Notes: generated from the sequence alone by a model not told the origin. Shown: positions 22,408 through 30,579, counted from the first letter of the stretch. The stretch is 64,000 nt of DNA from Candidatus Buchananbacteria bacterium (GCA_041665005.1 JBAYJR010000008.1:1423-65422), one strand, 5' to 3'. Program-made: numbers and translations.

Positions 22408-23772
22408 ATGCCCAAACCGCAAACAATTTACAGTTGCGAAAAATGCGACGCCCAATTTCCTAGATGGTTAGGGCGTTGTTCAGAGTGCGGCGCCTGGGGC
22501 ACACTTAAACAGCAATTGACGACTAAACGACCAACTACTTCCACCCAAAATTTGCCCACTGGGCAAATTTTGAATTTAGCCCAAGTTGACCAAACCCAAC
22601 TCGCTCGCCTAACTTCGGGCTTAGCGGAATTTGATAATTTAGTCGGCCCAACCGAACATCCCGGTTTGGTGCCCGGCTCTTTAATCTTACTATCCGGCGA
22701 CCCGGGTATTGGCAAATCTACTTTAGTTTTACAACTAACGGCGCACTTTGCCAGTCGGGGTCAAAATATTTTATATGTTTCAGGTGAAGAATCAGCCCAA
22801 CAAATTAAAACTCGCGCTAAACGGTTAAATTTAAAATTGGAACAACTAAATTTTCTAGGCGAAAGCGACATTGAAACTATTTGTGCTACCCTAAAACAAG
22901 TTAAACCGGTTTTGGCCATTATTGATTCTATCCAAACCATGTTTAGCGCCACCCTGCCTTCCGCGGCCGGCAGTCTTAATCAAGTCCGGGCTGTGGTTAG
23001 TCAATTATTAGAAACCAGCAAACTAAATAACACCGCCATTATTTTAATCGGTCATATTACCAAAGAGGGCCAAATTGCCGGACCCAAAACTTTGGAACAT
23101 TTAGTGGATGTAGTTTTATCTTTTGAAGGTGATCCAAATTTTCATTATCGTTTGCTACGAGTTAACAAAAATCGCTTTGGCCCAACCGGCGAATTGGCTG
23201 TTTGGGAAATGCAGGCCAATGGTTTAAAGCCCGTCGCCAATCCTTCAGAAATTTTTTTAACCAAACGAACCGAACCGTTAAGCGGTTCCATTATTACCGC
23301 CACTCAAGAAGGCGGCCGGGTGTTTATGTTAGAAATTCAAGCTTTGGTTACTAAAACCGCTTTTGGCTATCCGCAACGCAAAGTCGCCGGTTATGATCTA
23401 AATCGTTTGAACATGCTGGTGGCCGTTTTAATCAAACGCGCCGAAATTTGGTTGACTAACCGCGACTTACATTTAAACCTAGCCGGGGGCTTTAAAACCA
23501 AAGAGCCGGCTTTAGACCTAGCGGCCGCCTTGGCCATTGCCTCGGCCTACTACAATCATCCCATAAGCCCAGATTTGGTCGTTTTAGGCGAGGTTGGCTT
23601 GGGAGGTGAAATTAGACCAGTCCCCCATTTAGCCAGTCGCCTAAAGGAAATTAAACGGTTGGGTTTTAAGGCAGTAGTTTTACCCGATAATTCCGAAATC
23701 CCCGCTAATTATTCCTTAGATTTAATTTTAGTTAAAACTCTCAAAGAGGCCATTCAAAAAGTAATTCAATAA
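22408..23772 (+). CDS. radA: DNA repair protein RadA/Sms
   Basis: Zn finger, GDPGIGKST, KNRFG, Lon-like C-terminus. Confidence 0.96.
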   Translation: MPKPQTIYSCEKCDAQFPRWLGRCSECGAWGTLKQQLTTKRPTTSTQNLPTGQILNLAQVDQTQLARLTSGLAEFDNLVGPTEHPGLVPGSLILLSGDPGIGKSTLVLQLTAHFASRGQNILYVSGEESAQQIKTRAKRLNLKLEQLNFLGESDIETICATLKQVKPVLAIIDSIQTMFSATLPSAAGSLNQVRAVVSQLLETSKLNNTAIILIGHITKEGQIAGPKTLEHLVDVVLSFEGDPNFHYRLLRVNKNRFGPTGELAVWEMQANGLKPVANPSEIFLTKRTEPLSGSIITATQEGGRVFMLEIQALVTKTAFGYPQRKVAGYDLNRLNMLVAVLIKRAEIWLTNRDLHLNLAGGFKTKEPALDLAAALAIASAYYNHPISPDLVVLGEVGLGGEIRPVPHLASRLKEIKRLGFKAVVLPDNSEIPANYSLDLILVKTLKEAIQKVIQ

Positions 23773-23856
23773 AAACAATTTAATATTTTCTTGCCATCTC
23801 AAACCTTGTCTACCAGCTTACTTGCTGATGTGCTTGCCCACTTATTAAAATAAAAG

Positions 23857-23882
23857 ACGCCTTAGATTTTACTCTAAGGCGT
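23857..23882. terminator. Terminator between radA and DksA-like gene
   Basis: ACGCCTTAGA / TCTAAGGCGT stem. Confidence 0.7.
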
Positions 23883-23905
23883 TTGTTGTTATGCATAATA
23901 ACAAT

Positions 23906-24370
23906 TTAACGACCTGCCGCGCGTTCTACCATTTCCTGATGACGAGCACACAAACGTGCGGTTGGCAAAGACTCCAATCGCTCTAAAGGTATTTCCACCT
24001 TTAACAAAGCCTTGGTGTCTAATTTATTAATGTTCAGGCCGTGCTGTCTGACACAACCGGAACAAATTCCGTAGGTGCGAGAGTTAAATCTCTCTAACGC
24101 ACCGACGATCGCGTTATAGTCTTTAGATGCGATATTCGCGATCATCACACTGTCCTCTTTGATCCTAGAAAGTGCGGCGTGGTCAGTAAAGTCTGCCCGT
24201 TCCTCGCTTTCATGGATGGGAGGCCTGGTTGAGTCTGCTTTACGTATAGCAGCTTGCTCCAGAGCATCTTTTAAATTTAAATATGCCGCTAATCTTTTTT
24301 TAGAGCTAGCTCGAATAATCAGATCCGGCACCAAATTCCTTTTTTCTTTACTACTTGTTGCTACTGCCAT
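23906..24370 (-). CDS. DksA/TraR-family zinc-finger protein
   Basis: ADFTDHA tip motif, ALER...TYGICSGC...IPLERLESLPTARLCARH; ATG at 24370. Confidence 0.75.
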   Translation of the reverse strand: MAVATSSKEKRNLVPDLIIRASSKKRLAAYLNLKDALEQAAIRKADSTRPPIHESEERADFTDHAALSRIKEDSVMIANIASKDYNAIVGALERFNSRTYGICSGCVRQHGLNINKLDTKALLKVEIPLERLESLPTARLCARHQEMVERAAGR

Positions 24371-24529
24371 TAAAACACCCCCTAACAACCTAATTTAATT
24401 TTAACTGCAAACTGCAAAAATCTGGCTATCTTTCCTCCTTTCTAACTTAGCCAGTCAAGTCAGGTTAAATTTTTAAAAAATCAAAACTGATTATCTTATT
24501 CTAATTAAAAACAAAAAATTTGTCAAGGC

Positions 24530-26605
24530 CTATTCCCAGTGGACAACTGCAGACTGTTTTAATTTAGCTAAAATTTCCGGATAACTATCCAAAGTCGGAT
24601 CTTGCTTAATTAGTTTAGCCGCCTGCTCACGCGCTAATTTAATTAATTCACCATCGGCCAAGGTGGCTAGTTTTAATTGCCAAAAACCCGATTGTTCAAT
24701 TCCGTAAATTTCTCCCGGACCCCGCAAAGCTAAATCTTTTTGTGCTAAGGCAAAACCGTCATTGCTTTCTACTACTGCTTGTAAGCGGGTTAAAGTTTCT
24801 CGGGCCGCCTCTTCGGTAAACAGCAGACAATAAGCCTGTTCCTCACCCCGACCCACCCTGCCTCGTAACTGATGCAGTTGCGCTAAACCAAACCGCTCGG
24901 CTCCTTCAATTACTATGACTGTGGCATTGGGTACATTAATTCCTACCTCAATTACCGAAGTAGCTACTAAAATATCTAACTGGCGATCGGCAAATTCTTG
25001 CATAACTTTGTTTTTTTGCTCAGCCTTCAACCGACCATGTACCAAACCCACTTTAAATTCCGCAAAAACTTCTTTTGTCAGTCGCTGATATTCCGTGGTG
25101 ACTGATTTTACCCCCAAAACATCCGATGGATCAATAATTGGGCAAATAACGTAAACTTGCCGTCCCGCCTGAATTTGTTGTTTGATAAAATCATAAGCCT
25201 GGACCCGTTTCGCTTCCGAAACTATTTTAGTAATAACCTTTTTTCTTTCTTGGGGTAATTGTTTAATTAACGAAATTTCTAAATCGGCATAAATTGCTAA
25301 AGCCAAACTACGCGGAATGGGCGTAGCTGATAACGACAAAAAATGCGGAATTTTGGCCGTTGATTTTTTAGCTTTTAAAATTTGTCGCTGGGCCACCCCA
25401 AAACGATGTTGCTCATCAACTATTGCTAAAGCCAATTGCTTAAACTTAACTTTAGTAGCCAACAAAGCTTGCGTGCCAATAACTAAATCTACCTGGCCTT
25501 TTTTAATCAAAGTTAACAAAGCGGCGCGAGTAATGGCGGGCACTTGATTAAATTTAACTGACTTGCTGGTCAATAAAGCAATCCTGACTGGTAACAATTT
25601 GGTCTGATCTTGATATAATTTACAAAATTCTAAAAAATGCTGATTAGCCAGAATTTCCGTCGGCGCCATAATCGCCGCTTGATAACCCGCGGCAAAACAA
25701 TTTAGCGCCGCCACCGCGGCCACTACGGTTTTGCCCGAACCCACTTCCCCCAACAACAAGCGACTGGTCGCTTGCGCGGTCTCTAAGTCCTGAATAATTT
25801 GCCAGGCCGCTTTTTTTTGATCGTCCGTCAAAGTAAACGGTAAATTATTAATAAAAGTCTGGACTAATTTTAAATTAAACGGCACCACTGCGGCTGAAAT
25901 TTTTTTTAATTGCTCCTTGCTGTATTGACCCTGTAGTTGCCAATAAAATAATTCGTCAAATTTTAATCGGCGGCGCGCGGCTTGCAAGTTAGCCCAGTTA
26001 TCTGGAAAATGAATTTGCGCCAAGGCCCAAGTCCGGGCCGCCAATTTTAATTCTTGTTTTATCGCTAATGGCAAAAAATCCGGCACCATTTTAGCTAATG
26101 GCCAAACTTGCCGTAATAAATAACGCAACTGTTTAACGGTCAAACTCTCAGTCACTGAATAGACCGGCACAATTCTGGCGGTGTGCGTTTGCTCGGTAGC
26201 TAATTTTTCATAAACCGGATTAACTAACTGCAAACTAAATAAATCGCCGGTTAATTTTCCGGACAAATAGACCATTTCTCCAGCTTGCAAATTTTTTGCA
26301 ATCCAGGGCTGGTTAAACCAAATTACTTTTAGCGAACCAGTTTCATCCGTGACCAAGCCTTCAATAATTATTTTATGTTGACGAAAACTCCGCCGAGATT
26401 GAATCAATTCCACTTTTGCTTTAATCGTAACCGTTTGGCCAACCGTTAAATTTTTGACTGTGGTAATTTGTGAAAAATCATCATAGCGAAAAGGAAAATA
26501 AAAAATAAGATCCTGCACGGTGCGGATCCCTAATTTATTTAATTTAGCCGTTAAGGCCTGGCCGATTCGGGGCAATTCGGCCATAGCGGAATCAAGTTTT
26601 AACAT
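24530..26605 (-). CDS. recG: ATP-dependent DNA helicase RecG
   Basis: GEVGSGKT, DEQH, SATPIPR, QLRGRVGR, DLALRGPGE. Confidence 0.96.
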   Translation of the reverse strand: MLKLDSAMAELPRIGQALTAKLNKLGIRTVQDLIFYFPFRYDDFSQITTVKNLTVGQTVTIKAKVELIQSRRSFRQHKIIIEGLVTDETGSLKVIWFNQPWIAKNLQAGEMVYLSGKLTGDLFSLQLVNPVYEKLATEQTHTARIVPVYSVTESLTVKQLRYLLRQVWPLAKMVPDFLPLAIKQELKLAARTWALAQIHFPDNWANLQAARRRLKFDELFYWQLQGQYSKEQLKKISAAVVPFNLKLVQTFINNLPFTLTDDQKKAAWQIIQDLETAQATSRLLLGEVGSGKTVVAAVAALNCFAAGYQAAIMAPTEILANQHFLEFCKLYQDQTKLLPVRIALLTSKSVKFNQVPAITRAALLTLIKKGQVDLVIGTQALLATKVKFKQLALAIVDEQHRFGVAQRQILKAKKSTAKIPHFLSLSATPIPRSLALAIYADLEISLIKQLPQERKKVITKIVSEAKRVQAYDFIKQQIQAGRQVYVICPIIDPSDVLGVKSVTTEYQRLTKEVFAEFKVGLVHGRLKAEQKNKVMQEFADRQLDILVATSVIEVGINVPNATVIVIEGAERFGLAQLHQLRGRVGRGEEQAYCLLFTEEAARETLTRLQAVVESNDGFALAQKDLALRGPGEIYGIEQSGFWQLKLATLADGELIKLAREQAAKLIKQDPTLDSYPEILAKLKQSAVVHWE

Positions 26606-26683
26606 AAAGCTTTTATCCTTTAATTATAATGACTAAATAGATTTTTTTCAAGAAAAAAAACAAACCCCCAAGGGTTTATTTTC

Positions 26684-26758
26684 TGGTGCGCTCGACAGGA
26701 ATCGAACCTGTATTGCAAGCTCCGCAAGCTTGTGTCCTATCCGTTGAACGACGAGCGC
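26684..26758 (-). tRNA. tRNA-Arg(GCG)
   Basis: GCGCTCG acceptor stem, anticodon arm CAAGC-TTGCGGA-GCTTG, T-loop GTTCGATTC, encoded CCA. Confidence 0.93.
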
Positions 26759-26778
26759 CAATTGCTACTTAGGGCTCT

Positions 26779-26808
26779 ATTATAGCCTAACTAAGCCCCA
26801 ATTGTCAA
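26779..26808 (-). promoter_or_regulatory. Consensus promoter of tRNA-Arg
   Basis: TTGACA-18 nt-TATAAT on minus strand. Confidence 0.7.
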
Positions 26809-26819
26809 TTGAGCTCTGT

Positions 26820-27332
26820 TTATAATTTCCACTTACGGGCTAAATAATCAGATAAAGGCTCATCCTGACGGCTTAAATTTTCTGGCAACTGTCGCAATAA
26901 TACCGCCCGCACTTCCACCGGATCATTATCCTGCAAGGGAATGGCCAAACGTGGGCGCAGGTAACTATCAAATTCAAAATGCAAATCTTTAACGGCTGGC
27001 GGTTCGTAAATAATAAAAAAATCTTTAATTTCTTTATACTCAAAAAACTTGTCAGCTAATTTAATTCCGTCTTCGTTAATTTCAAAATTTACAGTCAAGG
27101 GATCACGATTTTCATGTAAAGCAACAATCAAAGCAATTATAATTAGGCCCAAAGCAAACAAAAAATTAGCGGTCCAGACTGACCAGATAATTAATGCTAA
27201 GCTAATTAAACCAGCGGTTAAATACCAACCGCGGCCGCGATCGTATTGCACAAATTCCGGAAATTGCCAGCTAAAAAATACTTCACCGTGATCAGTGGCT
27301 TTTATTTTTTCTTCAACCATTGGCGTAGACAT
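26820..27332 (-). CDS. Hypothetical two-TM protein with PH-like C-terminal domain
   Basis: W..PEF...RGRGWY, two TM helices, soluble C-terminus. Confidence 0.75.
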   Translation of the reverse strand: MSTPMVEEKIKATDHGEVFFSWQFPEFVQYDRGRGWYLTAGLISLALIIWSVWTANFLFALGLIIIALIVALHENRDPLTVNFEINEDGIKLADKFFEYKEIKDFFIIYEPPAVKDLHFEFDSYLRPRLAIPLQDNDPVEVRAVLLRQLPENLSRQDEPLSDYLARKWKL

Positions 27333-27489
27333 ATATTTAAGTTAAAGGTTATAAAATAACCATCTTTATTAGGTTAATTTTACTACTAGACATTATATCA
27401 CTTTTTTAAAGTTCTAAACAGAGCCCAAACTAAGGCCGACCAACCAAAAACCGCCAGTATTTATTTTAGTTTACTGCGGTTTATCTAAG

Positions 27490-28107
27490 TTATTTTACAA
27501 AAAACCAAAAACTGGTAGCAATTGCCTTAACAGCAAAAAATATCAAAATTAAAGCAAAAATTTTAAAAACTATGGCTACTAAATCCCTTCTTAACAACCA
27601 CGGGCGTAATCTGGAAAAAATAAACGCTAATGATGCCGTGGCGACTAACCAACCAAATTCAAAAGTGGCTAAAAAAATAAATTGTCCACCCATTATATCG
27701 GCTCGCAAAGCAAAAGCCTTGGGAACACAAACTGTAATCCAAAATATCCAAAAAGCCCCACTTAAAATCGTTAAAATAAAAATTTTAAAAAAGGTAAATA
27801 TTTCTCGGTTCTCCCCCTCTACTCTATCTATTTTCCAAAGCTTGGTTGCCAACCAAATCAAAAAAATCGCTCCGGCAATTGAAACTATTTGAAAGTAAGC
27901 CGACGGAATATTTAAAGCAAAAACTAACAGTAAGATTAAAATAGCTACACTGGATTCAGCCAACAAGGCTCTAAAAATAACTCTAAAACTTTTTTTAAAT
28001 CCCCCCTTAAGCACTTCCGTAAAGACAGCAGTCAACATCGGTCCAGGCACCGCCCCGCCAATTAAACCCAAGAGAAATATTTCTACTATCTGACTAAATA
28101 TTTTCAT
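27490..28107 (-). CDS. LysE-family translocator
   Basis: PGP motif near N-terminus, about 6 TM helices. Confidence 0.8.
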   Translation of the reverse strand: MKIFSQIVEIFLLGLIGGAVPGPMLTAVFTEVLKGGFKKSFRVIFRALLAESSVAILILLLVFALNIPSAYFQIVSIAGAIFLIWLATKLWKIDRVEGENREIFTFFKIFILTILSGAFWIFWITVCVPKAFALRADIMGGQFIFLATFEFGWLVATASLAFIFSRLRPWLLRRDLVAIVFKIFALILIFFAVKAIATSFWFFVK

Positions 28108-28127
28108 AGTTTAACCTCAACTAACAA

Positions 28128-28218
28128 GGCGGAGAGTACAGGATTCGAACCTGTGCGGCGTTTTTGAGACGCCCGCGGTTTAGCAAACCGCTGCCTTAAG
28201 CCGCTCGGCCAACTCTCC
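28128..28218 (-). tRNA. tRNA-Ser(GCT)
   Basis: GGAGAGT/ACTCTCC stem, GCGGT-TTGCTAA-ACCGC, long variable arm, G73. Confidence 0.94.
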
Positions 28219-28226
28219 ATAAAATA

Positions 28227-28469
28227 TTAATTACCCAGTAACCACTTTAGACGCTCCCTGCCCTTGCCGCTTTTTAAAAACTTTTCCTCTTTTTGAGCGA
28301 AGTTTTTAGAAATAAAAGCTGCATAATAAACAAGCTGCCATGGTCCATTTTGCTTAGTGAACACGGAATTACCAGTCTTATGCTCAGAAATTCTTCTTTT
28401 TAAATCATTAGTAAAACCCTTATATAATTTACCGTTCTTTAAACTCTTTAATATATATACGTAATACAT
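28227..28469 (-). CDS. Small GIY-YIG nuclease (80 aa)
   Basis: YYVYIL...LYKGFT.DL.RR..EH...W.LVYY...E.FLKSG.GR. Confidence 0.92.
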   Translation of the reverse strand: MYYVYILKSLKNGKLYKGFTNDLKRRISEHKTGNSVFTKQNGPWQLVYYAAFISKNFAQKEEKFLKSGKGRERLKWLLGN

Positions 28470-28476
28470 ATTAATT

Positions 28477-28523
28477 CACTCCCAGCCCGAGGCTGGTCGG
28501 CCTTGGGCCGAGGCCAACTCTCC
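28477..28523 (-). pseudogene. Duplicated 5' fragment of tRNA-Ser(GCT) interrupted by a 30-bp twin hairpin
   Basis: GGAGAGTTGGCC[30 bp]GAGTG versus tRNA GGAGAGTTGGCCGAGCG; 28512-28530 matches 28207-28225 at 18/19. Confidence 0.75.
28482..28511. repeat. 30-bp twin-hairpin element, copy 1
   Basis: CCAGCC-cga-GGCTGG + TCGGCC-ttg-GGCCGA. Confidence 0.85.
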
Positions 28524-28575
28524 CTAAAATTTTCACTATCTTATTCCTCTCTCTTCCGCTCATTACTACCCACTG

Positions 28576-28662
28576 CGGAGAGAGTGGGATTCGAACCCAC
28601 GGAACCAATTAAGGTTCGGCAGTTTAGTAAACTGCTGATTTAAACCGCTCATCCATCTCTCC
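28576..28662 (-). tRNA. tRNA-Ser with ACT anticodon
   Basis: GGAGAGA/TCTCTCC, GCAGT-TTACTAA-ACTGC, long variable arm, GTGGG-TTCGAAT-CCCAC, G73. Confidence 0.88.
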
Positions 28663-28665
28663 TGG

Positions 28666-28734
28666 TTATTCTTCAAACTTATCAAAACAACTAATGTAAT
28701 AACCACTATTGCATTTTAAACTACAAACATAGTG
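28666..28734 (-). pseudogene. Degenerate GIY-YIG N-terminal remnant
   Basis: Translates HYVCSLKCNSGYYISCFDKFEE*, resembling YVYxL...YxG.T.DL. Confidence 0.5.
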
Positions 28735-28769
28735 CCTAATTTTATCTTCCCGCCTTCGCTCGTTTTCTG

Positions 28770-28857
28770 CGGAGAGGGCGAGATTCGAACTCGCGAGACT
28801 CTTTTGAAGCCTAACGGTTTTCAAGACCGTCCCATTCAACCACTCTGGCACCTCTCC
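28770..28857 (-). tRNA. tRNA-Ser(TGA)
   Basis: GGAGAGG/CCTCTCC, ACGGT-CTTGAAA-ACCGT, long variable arm, G73. Confidence 0.94.
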
Positions 28858-28863
28858 AAATAA

Positions 28864-29115
28864 TTACTTCAAAGTATCAACTAACAAAAACTTAATTCTT
28901 TCTTTTCCTTTCCCACTTTTTAAAAATAATTCTTCAACTAAAGCATCTTTTTTACTAATAAACGTTTCATAATAAATAAGAACCCAAGGACTAAATGCTT
29001 TAGTCGACTTTACTTTTCCCCTATTATGATCAATTAGTCTTTGTTTTAAATCAGCAGTACTACCTTTATAGAGCTTATTTATTTTTTTACTTTTCAATAT
29101 ATAAACGTAATACAT
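28864..29115 (-). CDS. Small GIY-YIG nuclease (83 aa)
   Basis: MYYVYILKS...LYKGST.DL.QR..DHN...W.LIYYE...E.FLKSG.G; start at ATG 29115. Confidence 0.92.
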   Translation of the reverse strand: MYYVYILKSKKINKLYKGSTADLKQRLIDHNRGKVKSTKAFSPWVLIYYETFISKKDALVEELFLKSGKGKERIKFLLVDTLK

Positions 29116-29129
29116 ATTATTATCTATGA

Positions 29130-29201
29130 GGTTTTTCGGCCCGAGGCCGACCAGCCTTGGGCTGGCAAGACCGTCCCATTCAACCACCCTGGCACCTCTC
29201 C
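29130..29201 (-). pseudogene. Duplicated 5' half of tRNA-Ser(TGA) with 30-bp twin hairpin inserted in the anticodon
   Basis: 29166-29213 matches 28822-28869 at 47/48; insert splits ...GGTCTTG^AAAACC. Confidence 0.85.
29136..29165. repeat. 30-bp twin-hairpin element, copy 2 (inverted relative to copy 1)
   Basis: TCGGCC-cga-GGCCGA + CCAGCC-ttg-GGCTGG; 28/30 identical to reverse complement of copy 1. Confidence 0.85.
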
Positions 29202-29245
29202 AAATAATTACTTTTAAATAACACCTAATGCCCTTATGAAGTTTT

Positions 29246-29267
29246 TCGGACCGAGGCTGACCAGCCT
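29246..29267. repeat. Truncated twin-hairpin element, copy 3
   Basis: TCGGACCGAGGCTGACCAGCCT, 20/22 to copy 2, same TATGARGTTTT flank. Confidence 0.7.
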
Positions 29268-29282
29268 AAAAAAGACCTTAAT

Positions 29283-29311
29283 ACTATAATAAAAAACTTA
29301 ACCTTTGTCAA
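29283..29311 (-). promoter_or_regulatory. Promoter of tRNA-Ser/GIY-YIG array
   Basis: TTGACA-17 nt-TATAGT on minus strand. Confidence 0.65.
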
Positions 29312-29317
29312 TATTTT

Positions 29318-30016
29318 TTAACCCTTAGCCAAAACTAAACCAAACACTTTACCCACTCCCGCTTGTTTTAAAACTTTAGCGCATTCTTGCATAGTTGAAC
29401 CTGTCGTATAAACATCGTCAATTAACAAAATATCCCGACCAACCAGATCAACTGCCTTTACCAGAACAAAGGCCTTTGTGATATTACCAAAACGTGATCG
29501 ATGTTTTAATTGGGCTTGTGGTTTGGTATAACGTTGACGCTGTAAAACTTTTTGCACTTGTGATGGCTCAAAAAAATTAATGGCTAAATTATAGGCTTGG
29601 TTAAAGGTCCGCCATAAATAACGTTTAGGGTGCAGTGGCACCGGCACCACGATAAAATTTTTAAAACTAAAATCGTTGGCTAGTAATAACGGTTTAAACT
29701 TTTGACCTAACAAATCCGCTACTTCTTGAATAAAATTATACTTAAAACTGGCAATAATATTTTGCCAGATCGGTTGAGAATAATTGCCCAAAAACCACAA
29801 ACCATCTAAATAATTTATTGGCTTAGCCAAACACTGGTGATTAACTTTTTGCAACTGCTGGCAAGCCGGGCAATAAAATTTTAAAATTTGGGATAACAAA
29901 TTAAAACATTTGGCACACAGCCACTTCCCCTCTTGACCGCAGTTAACACAACTGGCCGGGAATAATATTTCCAGACACTCCTGCTTGATCTTAGCTAACC
30001 ATGATTTTACTGCCAT
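29318..30016 (-). CDS. comF: ComF family competence protein
   Basis: Double Zn ribbon, VPVPLH, RTFNQ, LLIDDVYTTGST. Confidence 0.92.
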   Translation of the reverse strand: MAVKSWLAKIKQECLEILFPASCVNCGQEGKWLCAKCFNLLSQILKFYCPACQQLQKVNHQCLAKPINYLDGLWFLGNYSQPIWQNIIASFKYNFIQEVADLLGQKFKPLLLANDFSFKNFIVVPVPLHPKRYLWRTFNQAYNLAINFFEPSQVQKVLQRQRYTKPQAQLKHRSRFGNITKAFVLVKAVDLVGRDILLIDDVYTTGSTMQECAKVLKQAGVGKVFGLVLAKG

Positions 30017-30579
30017 TTGGCTTCATCCACCAACCATTGTGAACCAACTTTTAGTAACCTAACCACAATAGCTTGATAATAAATTTTATCTGGACCATTA
30101 GCACTTGCTTGCTGACGCTGAGTATTAACCAAAACACTGGCGCTATCACTGGTGATATTTTTAACTTGACTACTTAAGGCCTTGGTAGTAACTCCGCTAT
30201 AAATTTGTGCACTAGTCTTAGCCAAAGTTTTAATTTGAGTATTCAAATAATCTTGCCAACTTTTAGTTGCCACCAACTTTAATTCTTGTAGATTACTAAA
30301 ATTATTTTGATTAGAATAACTACCAAACCGTTCCGCGAAATCACTGGCCAACCTAGTCACCGAAACAGTCGCTAATTCGGTTTCGGACATTTTTTTAGCT
30401 GGCCCTGGCGAGGCCTGATTGTTGCTATTAGTTGCTGAGTTTAAATTAGTTTGATTAGTATTAGCATAAAATTGCGGTCGGGTAATAAAATAGTAAACCA
30501 ACCACAAAACCGCTAGACCAATTAAGGCTACCACTAAAACAATTATTCCTTGCTGACGTTTAGTAAGATTTAATTCCAT
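30007..30579 (-). CDS. Membrane-anchored NTF2-like (VirB8/TcpC-like) protein
   Basis: Single TM, FAERFGSYS, C-terminal WLVD; T4SS context. Confidence 0.55.
   Translation of the reverse strand: MELNLTKRQQGIIVLVVALIGLAVLWLVYYFITRPQFYANTNQTNLNSATNSNNQASPGPAKKMSETELATVSVTRLASDFAERFGSYSNQNNFSNLQELKLVATKSWQDYLNTQIKTLAKTSAQIYSGVTTKALSSQVKNITSDSASVLVNTQRQQASANGPDKIYYQAIVVRLLKVGSQWLVDEAKWQ

Noticed and set aside
27431-27445. AAGGCCGACCAACC as a fourth twin-hairpin copy
   Set aside because: Only about 12 nt match; could be chance.
28666-28851. 61-aa ORF in the track
   Set aside because: Its 5' part is tRNA-Ser(TGA); only the last ~23 codons look protein-derived (GIY-YIG remnant).
28822-29165. Group I intron with homing endonuclease in the tRNA-Ser anticodon
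   Set aside because: The intervening 344 nt is mostly ORF plus a second tRNA 5' half; there is no room for a ribozyme core, and the downstream tRNA is already complete.
29116-29187. N-terminal extension of the second GIY-YIG
   Set aside because: It is translated tRNA fragment plus hairpin; the paralog starts at MYYVY, so ATG 29115 is preferred.
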